DNA of 64,000 nucleotides from the NCBI RefSeq assembly GCF_009834535.1, contig NC_045698.1, forward strand, positions 6,388,001 through 6,452,000, read 5' to 3'. The notes beneath the pieces were generated by a model. The model worked only from the letters and a program-made list of their open reading frames with translations. It ran no database searches and had not been told where the DNA came from. The stretch is from Camelus ferus. Its lineage: Eukaryota. This document shows positions 36,408 through 47,998 of this stretch, in pieces. How positions within the stretch are numbered: position 1 is the stretch's first letter; every line of letters starts with the position of its first letter. The position numbers and the translations under genes are program-made.

Positions 36408-36946
36408 TGTAAGAAGGAAGAACAAATCTGACTCCATGTTGGATCTGTTCCTCTGGCTCTGAGCCTGTGCTGTGTTTCCGGTGCTGAGTCGTGCTGGTTC
36501 TGCACCGTTTGTAAAAGAATGTTGCCTAGAGCCGGAAATATACAGGAGAGTCCATTCTCAAGGCTCTGACCTTTAAGAGTATTAATTCATTAATACTTTA
36601 AGAGTATTAACACTTTTCCATTCATATAAAGGTAAAAAGCTGCAGAATAAAAAGTAACATTTATCTTGTTGGAAGTTCACAGGGACACCATGACTGACCT
36701 ATGTAGACAGTTGCAAGAACAAAGGATTCCAACACCAAGAAGTTTGCAACAACCAACCACATGCCCTCCCCTTTTTAGGATAAAGGGAGCCTGAATTCCG
36801 ACTTAAGGGAAGATGGTTCTCCAGGACATTAGTCCGCCATCTTCTCAGTCTTTCTGAATAAAGTCGTTATTCCCTGCCTCAGCCCCTCATCTCCCAGTGT
36901 ATCAGCCTGTTGCGCGGCGAGCAGAACGCGTTTGGACTCAGTAGCA
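36408..36946 (+). mobile_element. ERV1-type solo LTR (539 bp) with perfect 4-bp TSD
   Basis: TG...CA ends (tgtaagaagg...ggactcagtagca), AATAAA at ~36857, TSD CCTC at 36404-36407 and 36947-36950. Confidence 0.88.
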
Positions 36947-37809
36947 CCTCCTTTCCTGCCTGGACCACAGTGGGAGGTGTGAAAGGGCAAAGCCGGACTC
37001 TAGCAAATGCACAGAACGCAGTGACTGACCAGCCAACTGGACCTAGAAGACGCTGCGTGAAGCTACGAATGGTTTGACTCACACGTTGCCCCAAAGCAGG
37101 AAGATCTGGATTTAACGGCACAGCAGTGCTCTTTTCGACCAATGGAACCCCTGTCTCCATGAAATGTTGAGCAACCATCAATCAGCCAGGGGCATGGCCA
37201 AGCTGTGAATGTGAAATTAGCTAAAATATTTGAGTTTGCTTTCTAAACGTAAAGTGAAATATCAAAGGTAGCTAATTTTGCCAACACGGCTAACAATAAT
37301 AGTAACAAATTAGCGTTGGCTGCTCATCTGAAGATACTTTCACTGAGGTTAAAAAAATAAAAGACTGAATGAAAGTTCGAAGTTAACTATCAGAAAAATT
37401 AAGAATTGAGTGTAAACTGAAGTGTAAATTGGGGAACTGGGAAAGGCACACCAGATGGGGAGGCCTATTTTGTTCTGTTTTGTTTTTATAACTGGGGGAA
37501 GGGCAGGAGAGTTCTAAAGAGAAAGAACAAAACAAGACTTCAAAAAAGCACATCGTTATCCCTTCCCAGGCTCAGGGAGCACTTGGAAGACACAGAGGAG
37601 GGCAGGAGGGGCTCGGGGAAACCACAGCCTTAGAAAGCAGAGGGGCCCGAGTCTGCAGAGACAGGATCAAGACGAGGATGGAAACACCAGACCTGACTGC
37701 GTCGGAGGGGACTCCGGAAAGACATCACGGGGAACACAGGGCCAAGAGGGCTCTCAATGGCATGAACAGACAAAACAGACACCACAGTGACATTGTAATA
37801 AAGGAGAGA

Positions 37810-37902
37810 GGGAGGAAGGTCTAGTTCAGTGGTAGAGCACTTGCTTAGCACGCACTAGGTCCTGGGTTCAATCCCCAGAACCATCATAAAAAAAAAAAAA
37901 AA
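37810..37902 (+). mobile_element. vic-1-like SINE (short form, poly-A tail)
   Basis: tagttcagtggtagagcacttgcttagcacgcactaggtcctgggttcaatcccca followed by poly(A). Confidence 0.87.
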
Positions 37903-39183
37903 GGAAAGAAAACTGCAAACAGTGGAGAGAGATGGGGATTTGGTTGGCTTTTTGTTGCTGCTTTTCGAACCCTTTCAAGAATGAGTCAAAATGTAAAAAC
38001 TGTTTTGTTGCTTTCTTTAAAGCAGGAGACTGACACAAGGCAGACATGCACTCGAGGCAGGCACTTCGCTGTGAACTTGGTCAAGGGCAAGCTATCGCAA
38101 GAGCGTCACCCCCACTGAAAGACGTGATCTGCTGGCTGTGTTCCACAGACCCGTGAAGGAAAGCAAGGGCTAATCAGCTACAGGAAGAGAAGCAGTCAAG
38201 ATAACAAAGGTGGTGTTTGTCTTAACCTCCCAGAAGAGAGACGAAGTGAAACTAGAACCTGTGGGCTGGTGACCTTCCTGAAGGCCCATCACGAGCATGA
38301 ACTAGAGGGAGGCTCAGGGAAGGTGAGGAGCAGGAGGCTGAAGTGGGGCAGGAGGCGGCACAGATCCAACTGGGAATCAAAAAACAAATCTTGGAAAAAA
38401 GTAAATGCAGGAGAAGACGATACTATTTCAATTAGAATAGAGAATTAAAGAGTATGTTCTGGTAATCAGGGCCCCGTCAGAATACACTCCACTCTGAGAG
38501 GGCAGGGCTGTCGGTGGGGGGTGGGAGTTATGTGTGCCCATGGGCCCCTCGATCGGCTCCCCCTAGCTGAGTGCGTGTGTCGGGAAGGACCCAGGAGAAG
38601 GTCAGGAAACAGGACAACCGGACACGGAGGCCCGTGCAGTCTTTCTCTAAGAGGATGAGGGCAGACCCACGAAAGCCGCAGGGGCTGATGACAAACTGGG
38701 CCTGAAGAGGGTAATGTTCTAGGTAAGCCCCGTTTGCAAGGTTGGAGGGAACAGGGAGGAGGGGAAGGGGGTCTGTCTCATCCTCGGTGAGGCTGGAAGA
38801 GGTCTGCTCACCACTGTGCCCAGCAGGAGGAACCACTGGAGGCAGGGTCCCGTTTCTGTGTTTCTTCCTAACTGTCCAAAACTGAACTCATTCGCCCAAC
38901 AGTCTGGGTGAGCTCAGCTCAGCCCCTTCCTGGTTCACCCCCACGAAAATCCCCTTAAGTTTGATTCACAAACTGCTTCAACTGATTCTGCCTAAAAGCA
39001 GACTGGGTGTGAACCCTAAAAATAAACGCATTAAGAATAACAACTTTTTTTTTTTTTTTTGGATGAGCAATTGAGGCGAGCAAACCAGGATGTAAAAACA
39101 GGGAAATGGAAGAAAGCAAGGTACTTCGCTTTTGAGCAGAAGATAAATTTAGGAATCAGAGTCAAAATCAAGAACAATAGGGA

Positions 39184-39250
39184 ACAAATAAACCTAATTA
39201 CCTCCCCTCCAAGAAAAAAAAATTAAAACAAACAAACAAATAAATAAAAG
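39184..39250 (+). mobile_element. 5'-truncated vic-1-like SINE (tail only)
   Basis: aaataaacctaattacctcccctcc plus A-rich tail, matching the tails of the full copies; no tRNA head. Confidence 0.65.
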
Positions 39251-39490
39251 TTCAAAAAAGTAAACTACAATAGTTAGACCAAAAAAAAGAGAAAAGATAG
39301 GAAAAGTCTGAGTTGGCAGGCCTTGAAATACGGAGTCTCCTCGTGATGGTGACCCCAAGATCCAAATTCTCCTGTAGGAAATCGCCAGTCATCACTTTGT
39401 CAGTCTCTGCTACAGACGCAGCCTTTGCACAGGTTATGTGAACTTGCTAACAGCACGGCTTGGACCAGCTGTTTTAAAATACAGTTACTA

Positions 39491-39645
39491 GGGGAGGTTA
39501 TACAGCTCAGTGGTAGGGTTGCCTGCTCAGCACGCACAAGGTCCTGGGTTCAATCCCCAGAACCTCTATTAAAGACAAACCTAATTCCTTCCCCCCTCAA
39601 AAATGGAAAAAATAGAAAAAAAAACTAAAAAAGTTAAAAAATTAA
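39491..39645 (+). mobile_element. vic-1-like SINE
   Basis: ggggaggttatacagctcagtggtag...ggtcctgggttcaatcccca...aaacctaattccttcccc plus A-rich tail. Confidence 0.87.
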
Positions 39646-40483
39646 AATATAATGCAGAAGTCCTTTTAGGGGGTTCAATTATAGGTTTATCTTTTAAATC
39701 AGCTTATCTAAATGTCCAGGATAAGAATCTCACCTTTTTTTTATCCCAATTCTATACCTTGAAGATGGTTTAAGGGGATTGAATGGATGCTGGTTTTCCA
39801 AGAAGTCACTGCACATGTTTCCAAAGCTACCTGCTGTCTGCCTCCCCTCGGCTTCTGCTGCCAGTAATGAGACTCTCGACAATAATACGTGAACGTTCAA
39901 ACAACACACTTGTGCCTGCGGTCCCGCAGGTGGGTCAGCCAGTCCTTGGCTTTGCAGCGAGTCCTGCTTGGATTAATGGCCAAGATGCACAGTGGCCGAC
40001 TCCCCTCAAGAGCTTTCAGGTGAGACGGACCAACGTTCGCTTGATCTCAAGGACAGAAGTCCTCGGCCCCAGCAGGGAAAACACGTGTTTTAGGACCATT
40101 TTCTTTATGAATTAACTGGTTTTTACTCTATAGCATTTCATCACTTTTTTTTTTCCCTCCAAACAGGTGTTCTGCTGGAAGAAGGGCTGGAAGTGTGTAG
40201 AAGGATGACCTGTAAACAGGTGGGAAGCCTCGACGACACCCCGCTAATCACCAGCCCAGCAACGCGGGGGTAGCGGGGGCTGATGGCTTTACGTTAATCA
40301 CAGCACCTCCACTGAACGCAGTGTCTTTCCCTTAATGATGCATTACCTGGTGAGCCCCCAAATGCAGAAGAGCAATTTATAGTCACTGTATGTGCCTTTC
40401 AGGCTGAATGTACACAACCGAAGTCATGATTGCCAGGGGGATCTGGAAAAACCATACCACCTAATCAGATGTAAATATATATA

Positions 40484-40715
40484 TAAGCACATCTATAAGA
40501 CATCTATATATATATATATATATATATGTGCATACACATTACAGAAATGTTTGGATATAGAGACAAGCCACTGTAACCGTGTTTAGACATACAAATATGT
40601 TGACATAGGTGTATCTATTTATAAATATATACATATACACATATATGCATGTAAATATATATGAATGGCTATAAGGTAGGATATTAATAAATTAAAATAT
40701 ACTATATATATATTT
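40484..40715. repeat. (TA)n microsatellite and AT-rich low-complexity tract
   Basis: Read directly; pure (TA)n at ~40505-40527. Confidence 0.75.
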
Positions 40716-42411
40716 ATTTACATAATGAGACTATTTTCAACTGAGCTGACTCCATGGGAAGCTTGTTCGGGAACATCAATTTTAAAACCCCAAATTCGGT
40801 GTGTGTGTAATGTGCACAGTTCTTAGTTATCTAATCTCACAGAATCCTCAATTTTTGGAGCAATTATACAGGATAAAGGCATTTCTGTAGTGTGCCATAT
40901 AGGCACTGATTAAGTCATAGGTTCCCAAATATTGGCACATTGGATGAAAATGTTGTTTCACTCCCTAGATCACCAGGTTCCCAGGCGGGATGGTGTCATG
41001 TTTCTCTACTCGGAATCACGCGGCGTCTCCCTGTTTACTAGCGGAACTTGGCGACCTGGGGAGCAGGAAGAACAACACACAGAGCTCTGAATTCTAATCA
41101 CAACTCTCCCACCAACTAGCAAAATAATTCTAGGAACTTGGTGTTAAAAATACCGAAATGAGATCACAAACAAGAGTCTTCTGAAAATTACAAAGTATAA
41201 TATATGTATCAAGGAGACCTTTCACTCCCTTAACAATCAGTTGTGTTTTCTTTGTAAAGTTCCTAAAGGTCATGGTAGGAAGGGCTTTGTTTGAGACAGA
41301 ATAACCCCAAGCAGACAAGGCACTTTTGTTAGATTACAAGAGAATCGCCTATTTAGGTTTAAAATAACATTTGTGTAAAACACATTGAAATAGTTTTAGA
41401 AGCCAATTTCTATTGCAGTGTTTCAAAAATTGCAGAACACAACAGATTTGATTATAAAACTTTTTTTGGATCCATAAATCACACAGATTTTCCCCTCCAT
41501 TTCTCATAGATGGAATGTCTAAGCCATTGCAGGCAAAGTCATCCCCTTTCTCCAAAGGAGCTAGAAATTGTAGGTGAAACAGAACTCAGAGCTCACCAAG
41601 AACTGGCAGTCTCAGTCCTCTCTACTCTTCTAAACAGGCCTGAATCAAAGATCTGGCTATGCTTTCTTGACCCCAATTCCCTAAGTGGTAATTTTAATGG
41701 ACTACACCAAAAAATGTCGCTGTCAGTCCCAGCAAAATGGGGAAACATGAGGCAATGCGCCGTCTCTCTCCTCCCCTGCTTGGCAGCCCCCTGAGGAATG
41801 TTCTCCCTGAGCAGTGAGTGGGCGCAGGCGGTACCCCCACCCCTGCGGGCCCAGCCCCTCATCCACGCTCTGCATTCTTGGCTCCGCAGTAAAATGCACT
41901 CTGTGGAGCAGCACAGACCACTTTGCTGAGGGTAGGAAAAAGATGAGTTCAGCCAAAATGGCTGGCATTTTTCTCATGTTTTAGATGTCATATTTTGCAT
42001 GATACTTTCTATTTCAGGGAGAAGGGCAACTTTCTCATTCTGTGTATAAGTTTCCATGTGACTACCATGCCGACAAAAATATAAAATAATTGAACTCTTT
42101 TTTTAAACTTGGGGCTACTAAGAATATCTGAATCCACTCCCCCAAATTGATGTTACATCTTAGTCAAAATTGACTGTATGGAAATGTTTTCTGATTCAGC
42201 CCCTGAAACTGTCAGAAAAGGGAAATCAGGGTTGCATGACTTCTGAACATGGGGGCTAGCGCATGGGCAGGGCTAGCTGGAGCTGGCTCCTCCGGTTCAC
42301 AGGGGCTTTTATTTCCCTCCCTTCTGAGTCCAAAGAGATGGGCTCAGGTCTCTACCGTGCCTGGTGCCACTTTAAGAAGGCAACAGAGATGCTAAATAAG
42401 AGAAGGGAAAG

Positions 42412-42523
42412 ATAAAGAATATGAAAAAGAATATATATATTGTATATATATGCTGAATCACTGTGCTATACACCAGAAATTAACACACCATTGTAAATCG
42501 ACTGTACTTCAATATAAATAAAA
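42412..42523 (+). mobile_element. Short LINE-1 3' end
   Basis: tgaatcactgtgctatacaccagaaattaacacaccattgtaaatcgactgtacttcaat plus A-rich tail, the same terminus as the other L1 copies. Confidence 0.8.
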
Positions 42524-43240
42524 AGAGAGAGACAGGAACTAGTGAAAGAGAATGAAGAGCCTTGGAGGTCCCTCTGCTCCCGCTGCCCCTGGACCAGCCC
42601 TGCAGCGCTGCTTAGGCTGATGCCTTTGTGAACTGATCACATCATTTTGTGCACATGAACTTCATCACACATGGTCTGGCTACAAAACTGAATTCTATTT
42701 CGACTAAGCATGGGTTCTTCCAAACCGTATGTGAGTTCATCCATGCACTTCTGGCAACCTAGAAGAACATGCGATTTCTCTTTCTCGCAGGGTTGGAAAT
42801 TCATCTTCATCTGTCTTTATATATTCATCTTAAAAAAATCCCATTCACAAATGCAGTTTGAATCAATTTATAATTCCTGAGGTTTGCCACTATGCTTAGT
42901 CCAATCAAACCAGAAACACGAGGAACTTTAAGGTATGATTTTCCTTGACAATGTTTGCTGTGTTCATTTTCTGTGTTTCAGGAGAACTCAAGTATAATAA
43001 TGATCTGTCCCTTCTGTGAATCAAATATATATTCTTAACGAGCATGAAAGATGGCCTTTCCTCTGTGTTCTCTGGGTTTATCTGCTCAATTTCTAAGCAC
43101 CAAACACACCAATGAGAACAGCTTAAGGCAAAATATGGCCCAATTTTGATTCAGCAGCAGCAACTTTTCACCCCAAGCAGTGATGATCTACTCGTAAAAG
43201 GCTATCATACAGATTGTTTTAAAATTATAGACTCAGAGAC

Positions 43241-43300
43241 TACTTTTTTTAATTAAAGTATCATCAGTTTATGATGTTGTGTCAATTTCTGGTGTACAGC
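43241..43300 (-). mobile_element. ~60-bp LINE-1 3' terminus with TSD
   Basis: T-run followed by aattaaagtatc...ttgtgtcaatttctggtgtacagc. TSD atagactcagagac (43227-43240) / atagactcatagac (43301-43314). Confidence 0.75.
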
Positions 43301-43545
43301 ATAGACTCATAGACCATTAGCAGGAGATACCTTGGCTGGATTAAGTAATCAGATGCTTTCCTTTAATACACAAGGAGATTGGAGTCCACAGAGAGGAAGG
43401 GGATTAACTGTTAAATTGTTGAAAAGTCCATGAAATGAATAAATAAGCGTGATCTAGACGAAATATGAAAGTACCCTTAGGGAGAGCAAATTTCAGAAGA
43501 GACAACGTAAAGTCACCACTACCTTTAGCCTCTTGGGAATTCAAG

Positions 43546-43728
43546 CCAGGATTCTCAACCAAGTCACTGCCTGGCAGTGTCTGGAAACATTTTGGTTATT
43601 ATTTTGGTTGTCATGACTGGGTGAGGGGAGTTACTGGCATCCAGCAGGCAGAGGCCAAGCACATGCTAAACATCCCACAAGGAATGGGACAGACTCCACC
43701 AGAAGGAGCAATCCTGCCCCAGACGTCC
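43546..43728 (+). mobile_element. MER20-like MITE (partial)
   Basis: ggcagtgtctggaaacatttt...ggttgtcatgactgg...tactggcatccagcaggcagaggcca...tgctaaacatcc. Confidence 0.72.
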
Positions 43729-45877
43729 CAGGAGGGAGGGCAGCACCACTGGTTCGCTCACTCCTTAGGAGAGTGGAGTTAAACTTCCCACCACAGGCTG
43801 TGTCCTGGGCTCAACAAGAACCCATCTGGCCCAGCTCCTAGTTCAGGGGTAGGGGCTGGATAATTAAAGTGCAGCCAGACTGGGAAATACAGATGGCTAC
43901 TGAGAATGGATGTGGTGTGGGGTGGGACAAGTCAGGCCAGAATCCCTGAGGAGAGAGGACACGTGAGGCAGGGATGCTGGTGAGGGAGGCAGCGTGGAGG
44001 GATGAGAAGGCAGGTGGGGAAGGGCTAGGTGGGGGCCTACGAAGGAGGAGGAGGCCCAGGACTACCAACTACACACGTTCTGAGACAGGCCTCAAGACAG
44101 CCAGGTGTCAACAAAGATTCTTCCCAGAACTGAGGAGTGTGGCTTACTGGTGCGTTCACAGGCACAGAAGGAAGGAGGAGAAGAAGGAAGATCCAAAGTC
44201 CCAGAAGGAAGATGAAGATGAGAAGAGAAAGGAGAAAGCACCAGGCAGAAAGCATGGACGGAATGAGGACCTCAGACAGTGCCCAGGGACCCTGGGAGGC
44301 GCCAGTGTTGCCAGATAGAGGGGACAGTGGCAGCACTAGAACCAGAGAGGCCAACGCTTCCCATCAGTGGCTCCTGCCAGAGGAAAGAAGGAAACGTGTT
44401 TTTTGCCACCCCCACCCCTAGGAAGAGCTGCTTCCCCACGTCTCACCCCTCGGTACAGGCAGTCTTACTCGAAGACCTCCAGGGGCTCCAAGCACGAGGA
44501 ACACAAGCGCAGGACACACGTGTCGTATCAAACATGTAAGCGTCACAGGAGGCGAGGAAAACCCGATAGGAAGCACTTTTTCAAAAGTTTGCAATTTATA
44601 CCAATTCAGTAAGGTTACAGAAGTAAATAAATGTATGACGTACTTACTGACTAATTTTGGGGGGGTATTTTAAGAGAGAATATTCTGATTCTTTGTAACC
44701 CAGTGCTACCTTTAAATCTTCTTGTGTCTCTGATGATTTATCTCAGAGGCACTTCCTAAGGTCAAATATTTTTCAATAAATAGCCTTTATCAATTTTGCC
44801 TTTTTTTTTTTTTAATGTCTCCAAGGGTTTCCCTGGCTAAGATCACATTTCCTTGCTTCTCCACTTCCTTCTTTATAGTTCTCTATACTCAATTTTGGGA
44901 AACTCAGTGACTAAGTTTGCCAAGATCTGCCTCCATGTCTCACTCTCAGAATGATTGAGTTAAAAGACAGAGAAAAGGCAGTGAAAATAAAGCATGTAAC
45001 AGTCTTGCACAAACACAGACGGTGTGAGGATCTTTTACGAGCACCCTCTCCCTTTGCCACGTTTTTCCCCAAGCTCCTGGCCTTGGGACCACCCTGGACA
45101 GCAAGGCTCTTTGCTGTTCTCTGTGCCTCTGCTTCCTTGGAATCCAAAGTGTGATTCACACTGGAAAGGCCCCCGTTCCAATAAAGGAAGACGATCACTA
45201 ACAGAATGAACCCTAACGAGCTTCTGTACAGGCTGCAGAAGAAGAACTTCCTTGAGATGATCCAGCGTGATTTTTCTCAGAAACATAGGCTTCCACAGGA
45301 AAAGGGCACAGGCCTCTTATTCAACCAACCGACTGTGGGAAAATCGGCCTGCAATGTGCACAGTTGCTCAGGAAGTGCATTGCCGACCTTAGCTATAATC
45401 TGCTCTTTCCTTAGGAACTTGGGGATGCAGATCTTCATATGGAGAAAGAGAGAGGCCCTATTTTAAAAATACGTTAAGATAAATTATTCAAAAAAATCTC
45501 AAATCACCCATATTTTTCTAAATGATATTGTAACCAATTAATTTCATATTTCTAATGTGCTTTTTAATTAATTTTTTAAAGTTTGGAATCACTTTTTTTT
45601 TTGTTTATTTCAGAGTAAATTTCGTATCTTATTCCAATGATCGAGAGTACAAACTAAAGCCACTCATATGCTCTGAATCCTTTTTGGAAACTGATTGTTG
45701 TTAATCTTACTTTAATGATAAAACCTTGAGAATTTACCATGCACATATTTTCAGTCTTGCTTTTTGTTTTGTTTTCCGTTTCCATGACATTGTAATCAGG
45801 AATAGCCTTCATACTAAAATAGTCTCTCCACAGTCCTTCAAAACGGTGATGACCACTCACAATGTCACCCTCCTTAC

Positions 45878-45940
45878 CTTGGACTTGCCTTTGCTGTAAC
45901 AGGCCTTCTTGGTGGTTTCATCGCACTCCCACTCCACAGC
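45878..45940 (-). CDS. SEMA5A: SEMA5A coding exon (63 nt; ~exon 6), AVEWECDETTKKACYSKGKSK
   Basis: Manual minus-strand translation matches the recalled semaphorin-5A Sema domain. Acceptor ...ccctgcag| (45941-45942), donor |gtaagg (45877-45872), phase 0/0. Not in the supplied ORF track. Confidence 0.96.
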
Positions 45941-47665
45941 CTGCAGGGAATACCAAAATGACAGCAACTGTCAGGGCTTTGACTGAGTAAAAGGGAAAAA
46001 ATAACAAAGCATTTGTAAACGACCTTCAACCACGTGGGCACACCACAGCACCGACATTTTCATACTAATATAGAATTTACACCAAATACATGAAATTCAG
46101 TCATATGGGCTTATATTTACAATGGAAGCATTTTAGAGGAATTCATCCCCTAAGTATTTTCATTTATGCAATAATAATGTGATATTTAAAATGAGTCACT
46201 GCAAGAGAGGCACGCGCAGCGAGCTGGTGACGTTGCATTGTTTACAGAAGCAGTTGCTTCCGTGAAATCACAGAATAGATTCACAGGATGCTTAAAAGAG
46301 AAGCCTTGAAACAAAATGATCGAAATCCTCATTTAAACCCGGATATCTTATTTTAATAGTCTGTCATTTAGCAATATTCGTAGATAATGAAGCAGGGATG
46401 GTTTTGCATATCCTTACTCCCAAAACGCATCTATAAATGATGAACAGTCAATAAAATAAACAGCTCATGCAAAGAGCCCGTCTACTCCTCCCTCCCAAGG
46501 CCGGTCATTTCCATACTGTTACTAGCTCTACCTAAACACTCAGAGTCACGGCTTCTACATTTTTTTTTTCTCAAACTTCCCAAATAAAACCCACGCTGAT
46601 CAGTTTGATATGCGTTCTTTCACATCTGACGTGAACTCACAAATGGGCCTGTGATTAGGTAAGACAACAGACAGCACTTACTTCACAGGAAGAAATGATG
46701 CCTGCAAACAGTGGCCAATATGCTGAGATTGTGAGTCATATTTTGAACAGATTTAACATCTGGGAAATGTATCTTTTCTATTATTTTATAGAATGTGGAC
46801 TTTTATAGGGCAAAAATGATCTCTCCATTCTGTCCACCTGTTACTATAATTATGTCTTGTCTTATTATTAGAGTTAGATTTCTGAAAAATTCAGGACTTC
46901 TGAAGAACCAGTTAAATCATTATCAGAAAAAAATTTAAGCAAGGGACAATTTGCTGTTAATTTGGACTAATGTTACATAATAAACTAAATTAAGCCAAAA
47001 AATGCTAATGTCAATTATTATAGAAGACAATAACAGCTTTACTCTCCCTTCTAAAACTAAGGGTTTTTTTTTAATTCTCAGAAACTGAGGCAAATAAGAA
47101 AGTCATGTTAACACTCTTATCTAACATCTACTGTTCTCCAAAGAATGTTACATAACAGAGTTTAAAACCTAAAACAAAACATCTTGCATAACTTATTTCA
47201 CTTGTTAAATATGAGTCTGTAAGAAAAGTATTCTACAGAGAACCACTCCAGTGTCTTTCAAACAGAAACAATACTGTGACTGTTTTCTCTTGTGCAGACT
47301 TAGAGATTTTCATCAGTGTCAACATCTGATAAGAGAGTCTGTTAATTCTTCTCGTGATGTTTTGCTGTTCATAATGTTTAATGGCAACAATAAGGTTACA
47401 GCTAATCAGCATCAAAGGCAAACAAATGACTTGAATTCCCTACTAAAATGACAGATGCTTTTATGAGGAGTGATGACACCTCCGAGGAAGAGATGAGAGC
47501 TTTGCATAATTATATGTCCCCACGAAGCACAGATAAAACCAGTGCTTGGCTGTTACTCTGAAGCGGCGCCTTCCTTTCACAGATCTCTGTGTAAAAGCTC
47601 ATTCTGTGGTTTTCATTTAAATAAAGATAGCCATGCCTTTGCCCTGACTTAAATTCAAAACAGAA

Positions 47666-47998
47666 TTGAACATTGGGGGGCATGTGTCTTTTTGAATTAA
47701 AGTTCCTTCTGGATATATACCCAGGAGTGGGACTGCTGGGTCGTAGGGTAAGTTTATTTTTAGTTTTTTGAGGACTATCCATACTGTTTTCCATAATGGC
47801 TGCACCAAACCACATTCCCACCAGCAGTGCAGGAGGGTTCCCTTTTCTCCACGTGTATTGTCTATGGACTTCTGAATGACAGCCATTCTGACTGGTATGG
47901 GGTCATACCTCACTGTAGTTTTGATTTGCATTTCTCTGATTAACACAAAATTGTAAACTGACTATACCTCAATTAAAAAAAAAGAAAATAAATAAAAC
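47666..47998. mobile_element. LINE-1 with 5' inversion (minus-strand ORF2 piece + plus-strand 3' end)
   Basis: ORF 47617..47946 ([44 protein letters not shown]) is on the minus strand and abuts a plus-strand L1 terminus taacacaaaattgtaaactgactatacctcaatt plus poly(A). Confidence 0.85.

Noticed and set aside
43974..44318. Lys/Glu-rich ORF (RRKEEKKEDPKSQKEDEDEK)
   Set aside because: Arises from a purine-rich low-complexity tract; no recognisable homology or exon structure.
45206..45466. ATG-initiated 86-aa ORF (MNPNELLYRLQKKNF...)
   Set aside because: No family recognised, length within chance expectation, and no promoter or splice support.
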